Source: Tubulanus polymorphus
Lineage: Eukaryota > Animalia > Nemertea
Assembly: GCF_964204645.1 (NCBI RefSeq)
Contig: NC_134034.1
Coordinates: forward strand, 5,988,914 to 6,052,913
Reading direction: 5' to 3'
DNA: 64,000 bases
Positions 1-13,131 of the stretch are shown here, piece by piece. The position numbers were made by a program, and so were the translations under genes. Position 1 is the first letter of the stretch. Each line of letters begins with the position of its first letter. The notes under the pieces are model-generated. The model made no database searches, was not told the DNA's origin, and was given only the letters and a program-made list of their open reading frames with translations.

Positions 1-539
1 TACAGTGAGTTAAAATCATTTACATTAAGATAATTACAAAATTACAATTTGTGAATAACTCTGAACAAAGAATGAAATAATCGATATGTAATGATTCCAG
101 TGATAAGACCGTCGCCACTCTCACAATTTTCCACTTTGTCCCGCGTGGTAATACATGTACTATTCATCTCATTTGCTGGAATTCATGCCGCGATTAAGGA
201 TGCTGATAACTAATTAATAACAAACAAGGACCAGCCTACTGCAATGTCTAATTCACTAAATTTTCAGATTTTTGATGTTTACGTACAATTCATTCAGAAC
301 TCGTGGTCGATAATCCGCAATGCAGGTCACGGTCGATTGCACGCCACCTTTCCCGCGGAAAGTTGAAATAAAAGCACGGAACTGCATTTTCATATTCTTC
401 ACATTTTTAACCAAGAAAATACGGGGCACATTAAATTATGATTAAAAGTTTATTTTACTCACTAGATAGAATTAAGTATTGTTGTTTTTATCAAATGAAA
501 AAATATTTTTCAGATTTCGATGATAAAGAATAATTCTTG

Positions 540-1522
540 TCAGTCTTGGGCCCCCTGCTGTTTAGTATATATGTCGGTCCTCTGGGTGACATCATAGAAG
601 CACAAAATTGAGTTCCATTTCTTTGCTGATGACATCCAGCTTTACATAGTATTCCATCCGTCAGCGGTAGATGATGCTTTGCAGAGACTCGAGGTCTGTA
701 TCAATGAAATTCGACGTTGGATGGCTATCAAATTCTTGAAATTAAATGATGATAAAACCGAATTTATGATGATTCATTTAAAGCAGCACAATCTTGCTGA
801 GAACACGATATTGATCGGTGATCATTCAATATCAACGGTGTCATTGGCTAAGAATATAGGCGCATATTTTGACCAACATCTCTCACTTGAACATTATGTT
901 AATGCTATCTGCAAATCTTGCTACTTCCACCTGCATAACATTGGAAAAATCCAAAGATATCTTACTTCTGATGCTACAGCAACTCTGGTTAATTCACTTG
1001 TCACTTCCAGGTGAGATGGTCTAAAATGCCTTACTCATTGGACTCCCAAATTTCATTATTGCTAAATTACAAAAAGTTCAGAACTCTTCAGCCAGACTAG
1101 TAACTGGCACTTCAAAATACGGACACATTTCTCCTATTCTCAACAGCTGCACTGGCTCCCAGTCAAAGAGCGTATTAACTTCAAGATCCTATTGTTGGCT
1201 TACAAATGTTTCTATGGACTGGCTCCAAAATATCTGCAAGAATTTTAAAACCCCGACTAGAATGTTACTTTCAGTAGATGACCTTTTGATTACTCAACCC
1301 CGTTCAAGATTAGCTTCTCTTGGAGACAGAGCCTTCTCAGTCGCTGCTCCACGTTTGTGGAACAACCTTCCTCGCCATGTAAGAGCGGCTTCGAGTATCT
1401 CTGTCTTCAAGAGAAGCATCAAAACACATTTGTTTTCACCACATAAGATTTATACAGTAATATAGTGTCATTGATCACTTAAGTAGATTCTGGCACTTAA
1501 AATACCATAATAATAATAATAA
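540..1522 (+). mobile_element. 3' fragment of CR1/L2-group non-LTR retrotransposon (degenerate RT C-terminus)
   Basis: SVLGPLLFSIYV, FADDIQLY, LKLNDDKTEF, LHWLPV, GDRAFSVAAPRLWNNLP motifs across frameshifts; (AAT)n tail at ~1508-1522. Confidence 0.85.
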
Positions 1523-2063
1523 TTCTAGCAAAGGAAACATACAAAAACCTTACTGGGGCATCCATTTTTATGGCAAGCCATTGGTTATATTTATCATATC
1601 ATCATATATTTGAGCGTATTTATTCAATATACATGTACCTTCGTCTATGCATCTTAGATTGACTTTTTGAAAAATTAAGTTGATAAATTAAACCAGTGGA
1701 GACTATTACTTTTGTAGGACATAGTTAGTGTGAGTATGGTGAGAATGACCCTCATGAGATCCCACACCACCAGCGTTAGAAATAAATCCTTAGTGTGATC
1801 CTCAGCTAGGACAGTAACTATGATATTGTCACATTGTGGAAACCAAAACAGATGAAACTGACGAATTCTTAGTTAATTCCTTTTTTGGATGTATGGTTTT
1901 CAGGTTCATCAAAACCCTCGACAAAAAAGCTTGACATTGCGTCGTCACTCTAAAAAGGCGATAAATTTTCATGAAAATCGCTTTTAGAAAGGACATTGCT
2001 TTTAAAATACCACGTCTCTTCGTGAACATCGCTTTTAGGTCATGACGTCGCTTTTACGATGTC

Positions 2064-2898
2064 ACCACATAATTATTATTATTACCAGTTAATTCTATAT
2101 CAGCTGATAAATAAATACTATTTGAAACATAAAAATTATTTTGATTTAATCTCGGAATTCTAACATATAAAATGTCATTTGGATTAATCTAAGAGGGATT
2201 ATGAGTAATTATGTGATGACAACGTTCTCTTTAATTGCGTTAGATATTCTAGAATTATTTGAAGGATCTATATATTTTGCATTCGCCATTTATTAAGAAA
2301 AAAAATTTCTCATGTATTTTGTATCATATTTACTAATACAAAAAATGCACTTACGTACAACTGTAAATAAGAATAAAATTATATTTTCAGCAGCAAAACT
2401 AATAATATTTCCAGCAGATTTTGAAATAAAAATAACGATTGTTGCTATAATTCCAGGTAAAGCTGCAGCAGATGTTTTAGATAATTCCCATAAATATTTT
2501 GCTAATTTTCTTAGTCCATCTTTAACTTTCTCTTGTATAGAATCATTGCTTGGAGGCTACTTGGGATTTAGGTATAGATTTTAATGAATTTTATATAGCT
2601 AAACCCATTGTTGTAAAAATCATTGTTATAGCTGTTGTAACTGAAAAAATAGTAAAGCCTTCTAATTTAAATCATGATTTTATGCTATCATTCAATGATA
2701 ATTTAGAATTTGGTTTTATAGATAAATCTTTAAAATACCTTTTAATTTCTTAATTTGATTTAGATCATATGATTTTACTAATATATCTCTTTCTTCTTTC
2801 TGTAATTCAATATCATATTTTGCATCACCAATTTCTTTTTCTAAATATGAAATTTTCCTTTAATATTCAGTTTCATCAATTACTTGAAGATCTTTATT
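2064..2898 (-). pseudogene. Old Polinton fragment P0, part 1: 3' end of coiled-coil/membrane gene plus N-terminus of major capsid gene
   Basis: Reverse strand matches P2 ~38790-39630 (LAKYLWELSK, AAALPG; capsid start MANAKYIDPSNNSRISNAIK...GNNNNYV). Confidence 0.85.
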
Positions 2899-2958
2899 AG
2901 TAATTGGAAGATGTGGGTTTCATACCAGAGGGCGAGAGGGCGAGACACCACTCATCAC
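2899..2958 (+). repeat. P1 left terminal inverted repeat
   Basis: Exact reverse complement of 19950-20009. Confidence 0.95.
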
Positions 2959-2984
2959 CACAAGTATTTTTTTTTTCCTAATAA

Positions 2985-5900
2985 ATGGGAGAGAATGAAC
3001 ACCAGCCAGAAAACAATAATGTTAATAAAAATCAATATTATTGCCAATATTGTAAAAAATACATCGATACATCTCATAAACACGACATGAAAAAACTGCA
3101 AATCATATAAAAATGTAATAGATTTTGAAACTCCAGAAAATTCCAATGAAAGAAAAGAAAGATTAAAAAATATGAATGTGGATGAAATAAAATGTGAAGT
3201 TTGTAATGATTTTATAGTAAAAAGGAATTATAATAGACATCTCGAATCACAAAAACACCACCAAAATTTGAGTAATAATGTTTTAGGAAAAGATTATTTT
3301 GACGATAAACCTCAAAAAGTAAAAAAACCAAATTCAAAAACTAAATCCATTTCAAAAAAACCTTACATGGAAAATGTTAGAAAGTTGATTCACTAGAAAT
3401 AAAAGATACAATTGAAATCTTAGAAACATTACGTAGTAAAATTGGTCCTGCAGCTATTATATTTAGATTTTTTAAAGGAACAACAATAGAAGATTATAGT
3501 AAATTTAATGAAATAATAGAAAAAATACTAGATTTGATAACAGATGTTGAATATCCAAAAATTAGTATCTCTGGGAAAGTAAGTTTTATAAAGTCAGAAG
3601 AAAAAATGAATTATAATATTCAAACACACTCTGAAGAAATAATTTCAAAAACACAAATAAAAGAGAAGTTAGAAAAAATATTTAATGAATTTAAACGTCA
3701 TATTGAAGAAAGATATTTTGAGGGTTCTGGCTTAACATTGAATGAAATTATATATTTAGATTTAAATGTTTATAATACAAAAAGAAATAAAACATCAAAA
3801 AGTAATAAAATGTTTAAAAATGCTTCAAACTTTACAACAGAAAAGGATATTAAAGCATCATCTTATATTAAATTACCATTTACAACAAAAGCAGTAATAA
3901 ATGTTCAAAATGAAGATAATAAATGTTTTCTATGGTCAATTATTAGTTGCTTACACCCAACAGAAGATATGACACATAATTTTAGAATAACAAATTACCG
4001 GAAATATGAAACATTATATAAAATTGATCAATATCCAGTAACTATAAAAATGATTCCTAAAATAGAAAAAGTTAATAATTTAAAAATAAATGTATTTGAA
4101 TTAATGCAATTACCAAAGACAAAAGGTGAAAATAGTAAAGATTATACATTGGAAGCTATATATTTAACAGAATATTATGATGATGAAAATGCTATAGATT
4201 TGTTATATTACAAAAAAGATGAAAATGAACATTATATGTGGTTAAAACAAATAGATTTATTCTTTTGAACAGAAAGTGATCATCATCGTAAAATTTATCT
4301 ATGTAGAAAATGTTTATCTAAATTTATGACTGAGAATACATTATTAAAACATAAAGAATTATGTGATAATAAAGATTTTTGTAAATTAATAATGCCAACA
4401 GAAAAAGATTATAAATTGAAATTTACTAATCATAAATTTAAGAACATTGTTCCATTTGTAATTTATGGGGATTTTGAATCGTTGAATAAAGAATTAACTG
4501 ATCAAGATAGAAAAGAAATATATAACAAAAAGCAATTATTAAAATCAATGGATAAAGGAAATGAATTAAATGAAGACACAACACAAGACCCACCAATTAC
4601 AAATACAATTAAAAAAGTTCATCAAAGAGCTGCTGCTAATGGAATTTATATGAAATCAAATTATCCTGAATTATATGAAAGTCAATATATTTCTTTTAGA
4701 GGTGAAAATGTAGTTAATAATTTTTGTGATAAAATGATTGAATTAGAAAGTGATTTTGCAAAATTATTAAACAAAAATAAAAGAATAGTTATGACAAAAG
4801 AAGATGAAATTGATTTTAATTATGCAACTCATTGTTGTTATTGTGAAAAACGTTTTTATTCATTTGATAAAAAAGTTAGAGATCATGATCATTTAAATTC
4901 AATATATCGTGGAGCTGCTCATGAAGATTGCAATTTACAAGCTAAGAAAGTTAATTTCGTACCAATATTATTTCATAATTTATCAGGCTATGATACCCAT
5001 CTATTTATAAAACAATTATCAAGGAAATTGGGTACAATAATCAAGAAATAGAAGAATATAATGCTATGAATGGTGTAAATGTAAGAAAATATGATTTTAA
5101 ACTATTAGCTAAAACATCTGAAAATTATATTTCATTTCAATTTGGTTGCATTAGATTTTTAGATTCTTATAGATTTCTAGCAAGTTCATTAGATAATTTA
5201 TCAAAAAGTTTAGTTGATAATGATTTTGTTATAACTCGATATTATTATCCAAATGAACAAGATTTTAAATTATTGAGATATAAAGGTGCAATTCCTTATT
5301 CATTTTATAAAACACACAATGATTTTAATGTAACAGAATTATTAAAATATCAATTTTATGATCAATTAAAAGAGGAGTATGTGAAAGACGAAGTGTTTAA
5401 TAGAACATTAAATATTTTGAACCATTTTAAGATGAAAAATCATGGTGAATTAGTTGATTTATATTTAAAATCAGATGTTATGATATTGGCTGACATATTT
5501 GAAAAATTTAGAGAAGTTAATTTAAATCATTTTAATGTTGATCCTTGTTATTGCTACTCTAGTCCTGGTTTAACCTGGCAATGTGGTTTAAAATATACAA
5601 ATGTAGAATTAGATTTATTAAAAGAACCAGATATGGTTTTATTATTTGAAAAATCAATTAGAGGTGGAATTAGTTGTGTTATGGGAGATAGATATTTTAA
5701 AGCAAATGATGAATATAAATTATTATATATTGACGCCAATAATTTATATGGTTGGGCAATGATGCAACCTCAACCATACAAAAATTTGATATTAACAGAA
5801 GTTGAAAATGATGATAAAACTAATTGGGAAAGCGCAATTATGAGTTTAGAAGATGAAGCACCAATTGGTTATTTCTTTGTAGTTGATTTAGAATATCCTG

Positions 5901-8045
5901 AAAATATAAAGTTTAAAACAAGAAACTTACCTTATTCCCCAGAAAATTTAACTGTAGATGATAGTTATTTTAGTGAATACCAGAAGAAAATAAAACCGAA
6001 AGATCATGTTTTTACAGAAAAATTAATACTTACTCAAAATAATAAATACAATTATATTGTTCATTATAGAATGTTAAAATTTTATCTAAAACAAGGAATG
6101 AAATTAAAGAAAGTACATAGATATATTGAATTTAATCAATCGAAGTGGTTAGAAAAATATATAGATTTCAATATTCAACAGAGAACCATATCAAAAACAG
6201 ATTTTGAAAAAGATTTCTTCAAATTAATGAATAATAGTTTTTATGGAAAAACATGTGAAAATATTAGAAATATAAATGATATTGAATTAGTAAATAATTC
6301 TGAAAGATTAAGACATTTACAATCAAGCCCTAGACATTTAGGAAATAAAAGATTTGAAGATTATTTAACAGCAGTTAAATTAAAAAGAACTTCAATGAAA
6401 TTTAATAAACCAATATTTATAGGTTCAACTGTTTTAGAAATATCAAAATTATTAATGTATGATTTTTATTATAATTTTTTACAACCACTTTTTGGGGAAA
6501 AGCATATTGAAATATTATATTTTGATTCTGTAACAGCTGACACCCCAATATTATTAAAATGTAATGATAAAATATTGATAAGAAGAATTTCAGAAATAAT
6601 TCCAAAACAAAATGAATGTTATATTTCATATGGTGAAAAAGAATTAATACAAATAAATGGTTTAATGGATGTTTGGACAAGAAATGGATGGAAAAAATTA
6701 AAGAATATTATTAGGCATAAAACAAATAAGAAAATCTATAGAGTTAGAACTAAATTAGGGTTCGTTGATGTTACAGAAGATCATAGTTTAATTAAACGAA
6801 ATGGCGATGAAATAAAACCAACTGATATAAAAATTGGAGATGAATTATTACATAAAAGATTTTTCCAAAGAATGAATCATATGTCATTTGATGAAATTAT
6901 TGATAATATTTATAATATAGAACCCGAAACATTAGAAGAAAAAGAATATTTTATCAAAGGATTTTTCATGGGTGATGGTTCAGCAGGTGTGGATAATTAT
7001 GTTTGGGGTAATAAATACTGTTGGTATTTATGCAATCAAGATTTAAAATTATTAGAAAGAATTAAGAAATTCTGTGAAGAAGTTTATTCACATAAAACAT
7101 TTAGAATCATGGATCATATGAAATCATTAGCAGTTTATAGAATACTTGTAAATAATCCTAAAGATTTTGCTATAAAATATAATGATGAATTCTATATTCA
7201 TGCAATAGTGAAAGTAATACTTCAACTAAAGAAAAGATAGTTCCAGATTATGTATAAATGCAAAAAATAATTTAAGAAAATGGTTCTTCATTGGATTCTA
7301 TGCAGCAGATCGTGCTAAAAAATTTACAAAGGATAAAAGATAACCTTTGCTCAAAAAGGAAAAGTTGCTATATCAGGATTGAATATATTATGCAATTCAT
7401 TAGGTTTTAATATGGATATTGGATTGATTAAATCTAAACCAAATTGCTTTAATCTAAGCCACACAGAAAAAGATTTAACTGAAGAAGTTAAAGATTTATT
7501 TGAAATATATAACCCATTAGATTATGTTTATGATTTATCAACTGAAGATGGTACATTTAACAGTGGATTTCCATTAATTTGCTTCAATACTGACGGTTAC
7601 ATACTAAAAATCAAGACAAATGATATAACAAAAGACTTAAAAACATTAAAACATTATTTTGATTTAAGCAATTATCCCAAAGATCATGAACTATTTAGCA
7701 ATGATAATAAAAAGATTCCTGGTAAGTTTAAAGATGAATTAGGGGGTGATGAAATGATTGAATTTGTTGGGATAAGAAGTAAAATGTATAGTTACAGAAC
7801 AAAAGATCATGAAGCTAAAAAGTTAAAAGGAATAACAAAACATGTGGTTGATAAACATATAGAATTTCAAGATTATATAAAGTGTTTATATAACTCAATT
7901 GTAATGAAACACAAAATGAATTGTTTAAGATCAGAAGATCACGAGATGTACATTAATGAAGTTGAAAAAAACTAGTTTGAATCCATTTGATGATAAAAGG
8001 CATATTTTAGATGATGGTATAAAAATATTACCTTATGGTTATTAA
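2985..8045 (+). pseudogene. polB: Protein-primed family B DNA polymerase (N-terminal zinc fingers, OTU-like region, EndoVII/HNH-like finger, exonuclease, polymerase), intein-containing, disrupted
   Basis: NEDNKCFLWSI, IYGDFES, RDHDHL..YRGAAH..CN, FHNLSGYD, FLDSYRF, YIDANNLYG, KLMNNSFYGK, YFD|intein|TDG; several stops and frameshifts. Confidence 0.95.
6527..7588 (+). mobile_element. Intein with LAGLIDADG homing endonuclease in PolB motif C (frameshifted)
   Basis: Block A SVTADTPILL, block B VTEDHSL, LAGLIDADG-like FIKGFFMGDG and WFFIGFYAAD, block F/G YVYDLSTEDGTF...ICFN|T; removal restores YFD-TD as in P2/P3. Confidence 0.95.
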
Positions 8046-9356
8046 AACATAAAATCAATATCATCATACTCGAAATTACTATTGGCTTCTTCATTTTCAT
8101 TTAATTGTTTAGGTTCTTCTTCCATTTCATTTTTCTTATTTAAATAAAGTTCTATCTTGTTCCACATTTCATCTCGCTCTCTTTGTTTCTTTTTGTTTGT
8201 TAATTCATCAAATGGAATTATAATATCTATGTTTAAATAATTTACAATCTTATTTAAAAAGAATTCATAATTTATTGAATCTGTTATTCTATTTTCCAAA
8301 TGATACATTAATATTTGTTTGAATATTTTTTTTATATTTTTCATATCTTCTTCTGTTAATTTAGGTTTTTCATAATAATCGTTAAATAATAAATATAAAT
8401 ACATTTTCTTTTCTTTTGTGTTAAATGTTGACGGAATAATTGTTTTTATAATATCTTTTTTAGTTATTTCACCATTTTTATTTTCTATTATTTTCATTTT
8501 TTCAAGCCATTGCATATATTCTGGTGTATGATCTTCTATAGAAAATGTTTTAAAAATTTCATCTAGATAATTTAATTTTGGATCTATGAGAAAATTTCTA
8601 GTTTTTTCTTCACTCCATAAATTCTTTTGCCATCCACATTCATTACAAAATAACACAGTACCTTCTTGCCTTAAGGTCGCGTAACTACATTGTGGACATT
8701 TTCGTTTATAATTTATTGGTAATAGATCTTCATTAAGCTCTTGGTATTTTCTTACGTTTTCTTTACGTTTTATTGTTCTATTATGTAGATTTGAATTACT
8801 TGTAATAATCAATTTACAATATTTACAATAATATATTTTTCTTGTTAATTAATTATATTGTTTTTCTAACTTTTCAACTGTTTCTTTATTATCTGGTAAC
8901 GTTTTCTCATATTTTATTTTTTCTAATAGATTATTTTTTCTTTCATTGAATTCAGTTTCAAATTTATTAGAAATTTTATCTATATGTGCTTTACGAAATT
9001 GATGATTCTCCCAATCTTCTATATTTTCAGGGCTATATTTTATTCGACAAGGCTCACAGAAATGATCTTTTATATTATCCTTATCATAGAATAAGAAAGG
9101 TCTTTTCCAAATAATTTCAGGTTCAACTTCAACAGAATTACTATTACTTTCATCACTATCAACATTAGCCGTTGCGCCATTAATTTTACACTTCTCTGAA
9201 TGTTTTTTAACATGATTTCTTGATAATTAATTTATTACATTTTGGGCAGTTTATTTTAGGGGGTTTATAATTTTCATCATGTTTTTTCATATGTCGAGCC
9301 ATATTACTTTTTCTTAGAAGTTTACCACAAATTTCGCATGCTATCTTCTCATCCAT
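8042..9356 (-). pseudogene. Zinc-finger / VLTF3-like (poxvirus A2-type late transcription factor) gene, 5' part frameshifted
   Basis: Start at 9356 MDEKIACEICGK..RHMKKH (C2H2); ORF 8042-8812 has CPQC..CNECG zinc ribbon, SINYEFFLNKIVNYL and KKQRERDEMWNKI resembling the VLTF3 C-terminus. Confidence 0.65.
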
Positions 9357-9423
9357 TTATTAAGGAAAAATTTTATCAAAATTAATTTTTAGTGATGAGC
9401 GGTAATTTTTTATGTTATAAATA

Positions 9424-10211
9424 ATGGTAGAATTAAAAGAATACAGAATATTTGTTGATTCTAGAAAACTTACAAATTATAAATCACATAATTTATTAGT
9501 TCAATTAGATAGAGAATTTAAGAATTATGTAGATTTAAAATTAGTAAATATAAGTTTATGTAACTCATTTTACAATATATCGGATAAAACTGACGAACAT
9601 AGAACCTTTTTTATTTATGAAAGACGTAATAGAAAAATAGCTTATCAACTTATGATTACACCAGGATTATATAATTTAGAAACATTAGCGAAAGAAATAA
9701 ATAGAAAACTCGGATTATGTTAGGTAGTGATTCTAAATTTAATATTAAATTCATAAAAAGTGAGAGCTCTAATTTTATTAGAGTAAAGTTTGATGATGAA
9801 AGTGTTGATGATTCATTGATGATAAGAAAACATGCTTACATGGTAAAAAAACCTTTTTCTAAACTGTTAGGAATTCTTTCAGATACTTTTATTTACGGAA
9901 ACACATATGGTATATCAAATATAATACCTTTTACACATTTTTATATTTATTGAAATTTAATTGATCCTACAAAAACATTCGAAGCAACTAAAGAAACAAT
10001 TTGTAATTCTAGTATATTAAATATTTTACCATTAAAAAATGTTAAACAATTTGGAACGCAAATAAATTATAATTTAGCTGAATGTGATTTTAAACCTTGT
10101 ATTCCACATTTCAATAATTTCAAATTAGAAATAAGAAATCATAATGGTTATTTAATTGATTTGAATAACTTTCCTGTAATTTATGAATTAATTATAAGAT
10201 GTAGAGAGTAA
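9424..10211 (+). pseudogene. Minor capsid (penton, single jelly-roll) protein, disrupted
   Basis: IFVDS, NSFYNIS, PGLYNLE.L...IN, LEIRNHNG.LIDLN motifs; intact homolog at 34053-34808. Confidence 0.75.
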
Positions 10212-10227
10212 TTTTTTCATTATATAA

Positions 10228-10587
10228 ATGAATATAACTGTTGGACCGAGTATATGTTTTGGGTTTGATTTTAAACATGAGAAAGAAATGAAATTTAACA
10301 TTAATGATGTAATTACACAAATCAAAAATATTGTATTTTCTAATGAAACATCATTTGAGTATGAAACAACAATAGATAAAGAAACTTTAAATGTAGAAAA
10401 GATTACTAATTTAATTAGAGAATCTTTAAGATTTTATGAATTAGATGAAGATTTTATCATAGATGATATTAAAAACATATTAACCGAAATATATGATAAT
10501 CATAAAAGTAGTAATGAAATAAATGTTGAATTATTCATCACTAAGTTGACTAAATATTTTGAAGATAGTAATTTTTTTGATAAATAA
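10228..10587 (+). CDS. Conserved acidic hypothetical Polinton protein
   Basis: 119-aa ORF, homologs at the same position in P2 and P3. Confidence 0.7.
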   Translation: MNITVGPSICFGFDFKHEKEMKFNINDVITQIKNIVFSNETSFEYETTIDKETLNVEKITNLIRESLRFYELDEDFIIDDIKNILTEIYDNHKSSNEINVELFITKLTKYFEDSNFFDK

Positions 10588-10809
10588 ATGAGTGATGATA
10601 AGTGGATAATAACTGGATTATATAATGGCTCATTATTATCAGTTGGAACTGTTGGTTATTCAATGGTATTAAAAAAAGTATTTAAAATGGGAAGTGTTAA
10701 TGTTGATAGATTTGATATAAATGATATCTTAAAATTAACATTAGCAGTTACTTTATCTAATTTAACTATTGATTATTTAGAAAAACAAAAATATATTCCT
10801 CCTATATAA
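10588..10809 (+). CDS. Small hydrophobic putative virion membrane protein
   Basis: 73 aa, two hydrophobic segments, conserved in P2/P3. Confidence 0.7.
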   Translation: MSDDKWIITGLYNGSLLSVGTVGYSMVLKKVFKMGSVNVDRFDINDILKLTLAVTLSNLTIDYLEKQKYIPPI

Positions 10810-10833
10810 ATGCGTAATTATTTTGCTAAATAA

Positions 10834-11256
10834 ATGGCTTCTGCAATTATAACTATTATAGGATCGGCAATTGTTAACGCTTTAGCATTTACTGGTGGTG
10901 GATATTTATTTAAACATATTGATAAAAATAGTTCATTAGGAGAACAAAGAAGACATAATTTAGCGTTAGAAAAATTAAATAAAGCAGAGGAAGAATATAG
11001 AGAAAAGAGACAAAACTATATGGATTATATTAACAAAGAATTATATGATCAGAATATTTCACACAGAGATTTTCAATCAGTTGATGATGCAATGAGTTTA
11101 TATAACGCGGTAACCAATAAAGAAAAATTACATCTATACAAACCTAAATTATCAGATTATTATACCCCAAGTAAAGAACAACAGAAATATGAAATAATTT
11201 GGATTTTAGGTGGAACAGTTATTGTTATATTTGTAGCATATAAATTTACTAATTAG
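10834..11256 (+). CDS. Putative membrane protein (N- and C-terminal hydrophobic helices, central coiled coil)
   Basis: MASAIITIIGSAIVNALAFTGG...RRHNLALEK...IIWILGGTVIVIFV; intact in all three elements. Confidence 0.8.
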   Translation: MASAIITIIGSAIVNALAFTGGGYLFKHIDKNSSLGEQRRHNLALEKLNKAEEEYREKRQNYMDYINKELYDQNISHRDFQSVDDAMSLYNAVTNKEKLHLYKPKLSDYYTPSKEQQKYEIIWILGGTVIVIFVAYKFTN

Positions 11257-11275
11257 TAATTTTTTTTCTAAATAA

Positions 11276-11710
11276 ATGGAAGATAAAGTTGATAATATTG
11301 ATATTATTCCTCATGATATGAATAAAACTAAATTAAAAATATATTTAGAAAAACAAATATTAGAATTTGAAAATGATTTAAAAGTTAAAAAGAAAAAATA
11401 TTTAAAAAGTAAAATTATATATTATTTGATTATTAGTGGTTCGGTTACAATAAGTTCTGTAATAACATTTCTAGCAATATTCAGTCCATTAACACCTTTA
11501 GCTATATCAATTGGTGTGTTAGGATTATCATCAAGTGTATTAACTGGTATAAGTTCAAAATTAAATATAAAAAGTAATAAAGAAAAAATTAAAACTAATA
11601 TAAAAGAAATTAATAAATTAAAGAATACACTAGATTATATAATAAGTTTAAATGGTCATATAACAGTTGAAGAACAAGATAAATTATTAAAAGAATTAAT
11701 AAATTATTAA
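11276..11710 (+). CDS. Two-TM membrane protein with coiled-coil flanks
   Basis: Hydrophobic hairpin IIYYLIISGSVTISSVITFLAIF...LAISIGVLGLSSSVL; homologs in P2/P3. Confidence 0.75.
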   Translation: MEDKVDNIDIIPHDMNKTKLKIYLEKQILEFENDLKVKKKKYLKSKIIYYLIISGSVTISSVITFLAIFSPLTPLAISIGVLGLSSSVLTGISSKLNIKSNKEKIKTNIKEINKLKNTLDYIISLNGHITVEEQDKLLKELINY

Positions 11711-11726
11711 TTTTTTAGTTATATAA

Positions 11727-13115
11727 ATGGCAGATAGTTTTCAAAAAGCTTTCCAATATAATAAATCAATTAAATATAATATTCCAGCAATAGATTTTAA
11801 TAAAGATATTTCATATAGAAATGAAGTTTTAAATTCATTAATTGATTTAGAAATTTATGTTACTGAAACTAATAATTTTAATGCAAAGATGGAAAATATA
11901 TTTCATGTATATTTAATTAATTTTAAAAAATTGAAAGATGAAAAACAATGGTTATTAAAATCTAATATGAAGTATTGGCAGAACCAATTAAATTTTGCTG
12001 TTTATTGTGCAATAACAGGTTGTGGAATTAGTTGTAATGATCATTTGAATAATTCTAAATATAAATTAATTCAAAGTTTATTTAGATTTTATACATACTT
12101 TCAAATCAGAATAATATTAAATGAATTAGAGTGCGCTTTACCAGGATCTAGATATTTTAAAGAATTAGATAATAATATTAATTTATCAAAGTTTTATAGA
12201 ATTTGTAATGAATTTAATATAGATATAAATAATTCTGATTTTAGAACAAAAATTGGAACAATAAGATCACTTCCTTGCCCTAAAAAGATTGCAGAATATT
12301 GTGCACTTCCCATACCATCTAATAGTTTTTATAATATCTATAGTAATAAATTAGGTTATGGTAAAATAGAAACTAAGGATTTAGAAACATTAAATTTCAA
12401 TAAATTACCGAAATTTTATGATAATTTAAAACAAGAAAACAATAATGGTTGGGTTTATTTCATTTAAGAAAATAATGAAGGTTTTACAAAATCAGGTATA
12501 CAAAGAATAAATCAATCTATTAGAACTTATTTGATATGTATTTTAGGTGCGCAAGTTGAAACAAGATCCCCAATGATTGGAAATTTAAATACATCATTCG
12601 ATACACAAAAACAATTTAAAGTATTATTTGAAGATTCAATTCATGATGATAAAAATAGATCGATTCCAGAAAACATTGTAAGCTATCAAAATTATTTAGA
12701 TAAATCACATATTAGATTAAATTATTGTATAGGTCCTAATCAATTAATTATTTCTAATGATTTAGTATTAAAGATGGGAAACATAATTGGTTAAAATAAT
12801 CTAATTAAAACTGCAACAATAAATAATTCATTTGGATTAAATGATATAAGTAAAAAGATTATTACTGCTCCAAAATTAATGGAAGGCGAAAAAAATAAAA
12901 AACATATTCAATCAACAGAAACTAAAACTAAGAATATTAAATTAAATAATGATTCTAAAATAAAAGATTACAATACATCAGAAGATATAAAAACTGATAA
13001 GATTCAACATGAAATAATTAAACTAAATGATGATAATAAATCCCATGAAAATACTAAATTAGCTTTAACTTGTATAGGAATTGTAATCGGAGGAATATTA
13101 TATTTTAAATTTTAA
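11727..13115 (+). pseudogene. Conserved Polinton protein of unknown function with C-terminal TM anchor, disrupted by stops
   Basis: WQNQLNFAVYCA.TGCGIS motif; three in-frame pieces; homologs at 36328-37653 and 60233-61675. Confidence 0.75.
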
Positions 13116-13131
13116 TTTTTTTATTATATAA

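Noticed and set aside
2312-2753. Plus-strand hydrophobic ORFs (likewise 13488-14444, 38191-39126 and 62006-63124 on minus)
   Set aside because: Antisense shadows of the coiled-coil gene.
2985-8045. Alternative genetic code or programmed frameshifting in polB
   Set aside because: Stops of all three types and frameshifts fall at different positions in P1, P2 and P3, consistent with decay or sequencing error.
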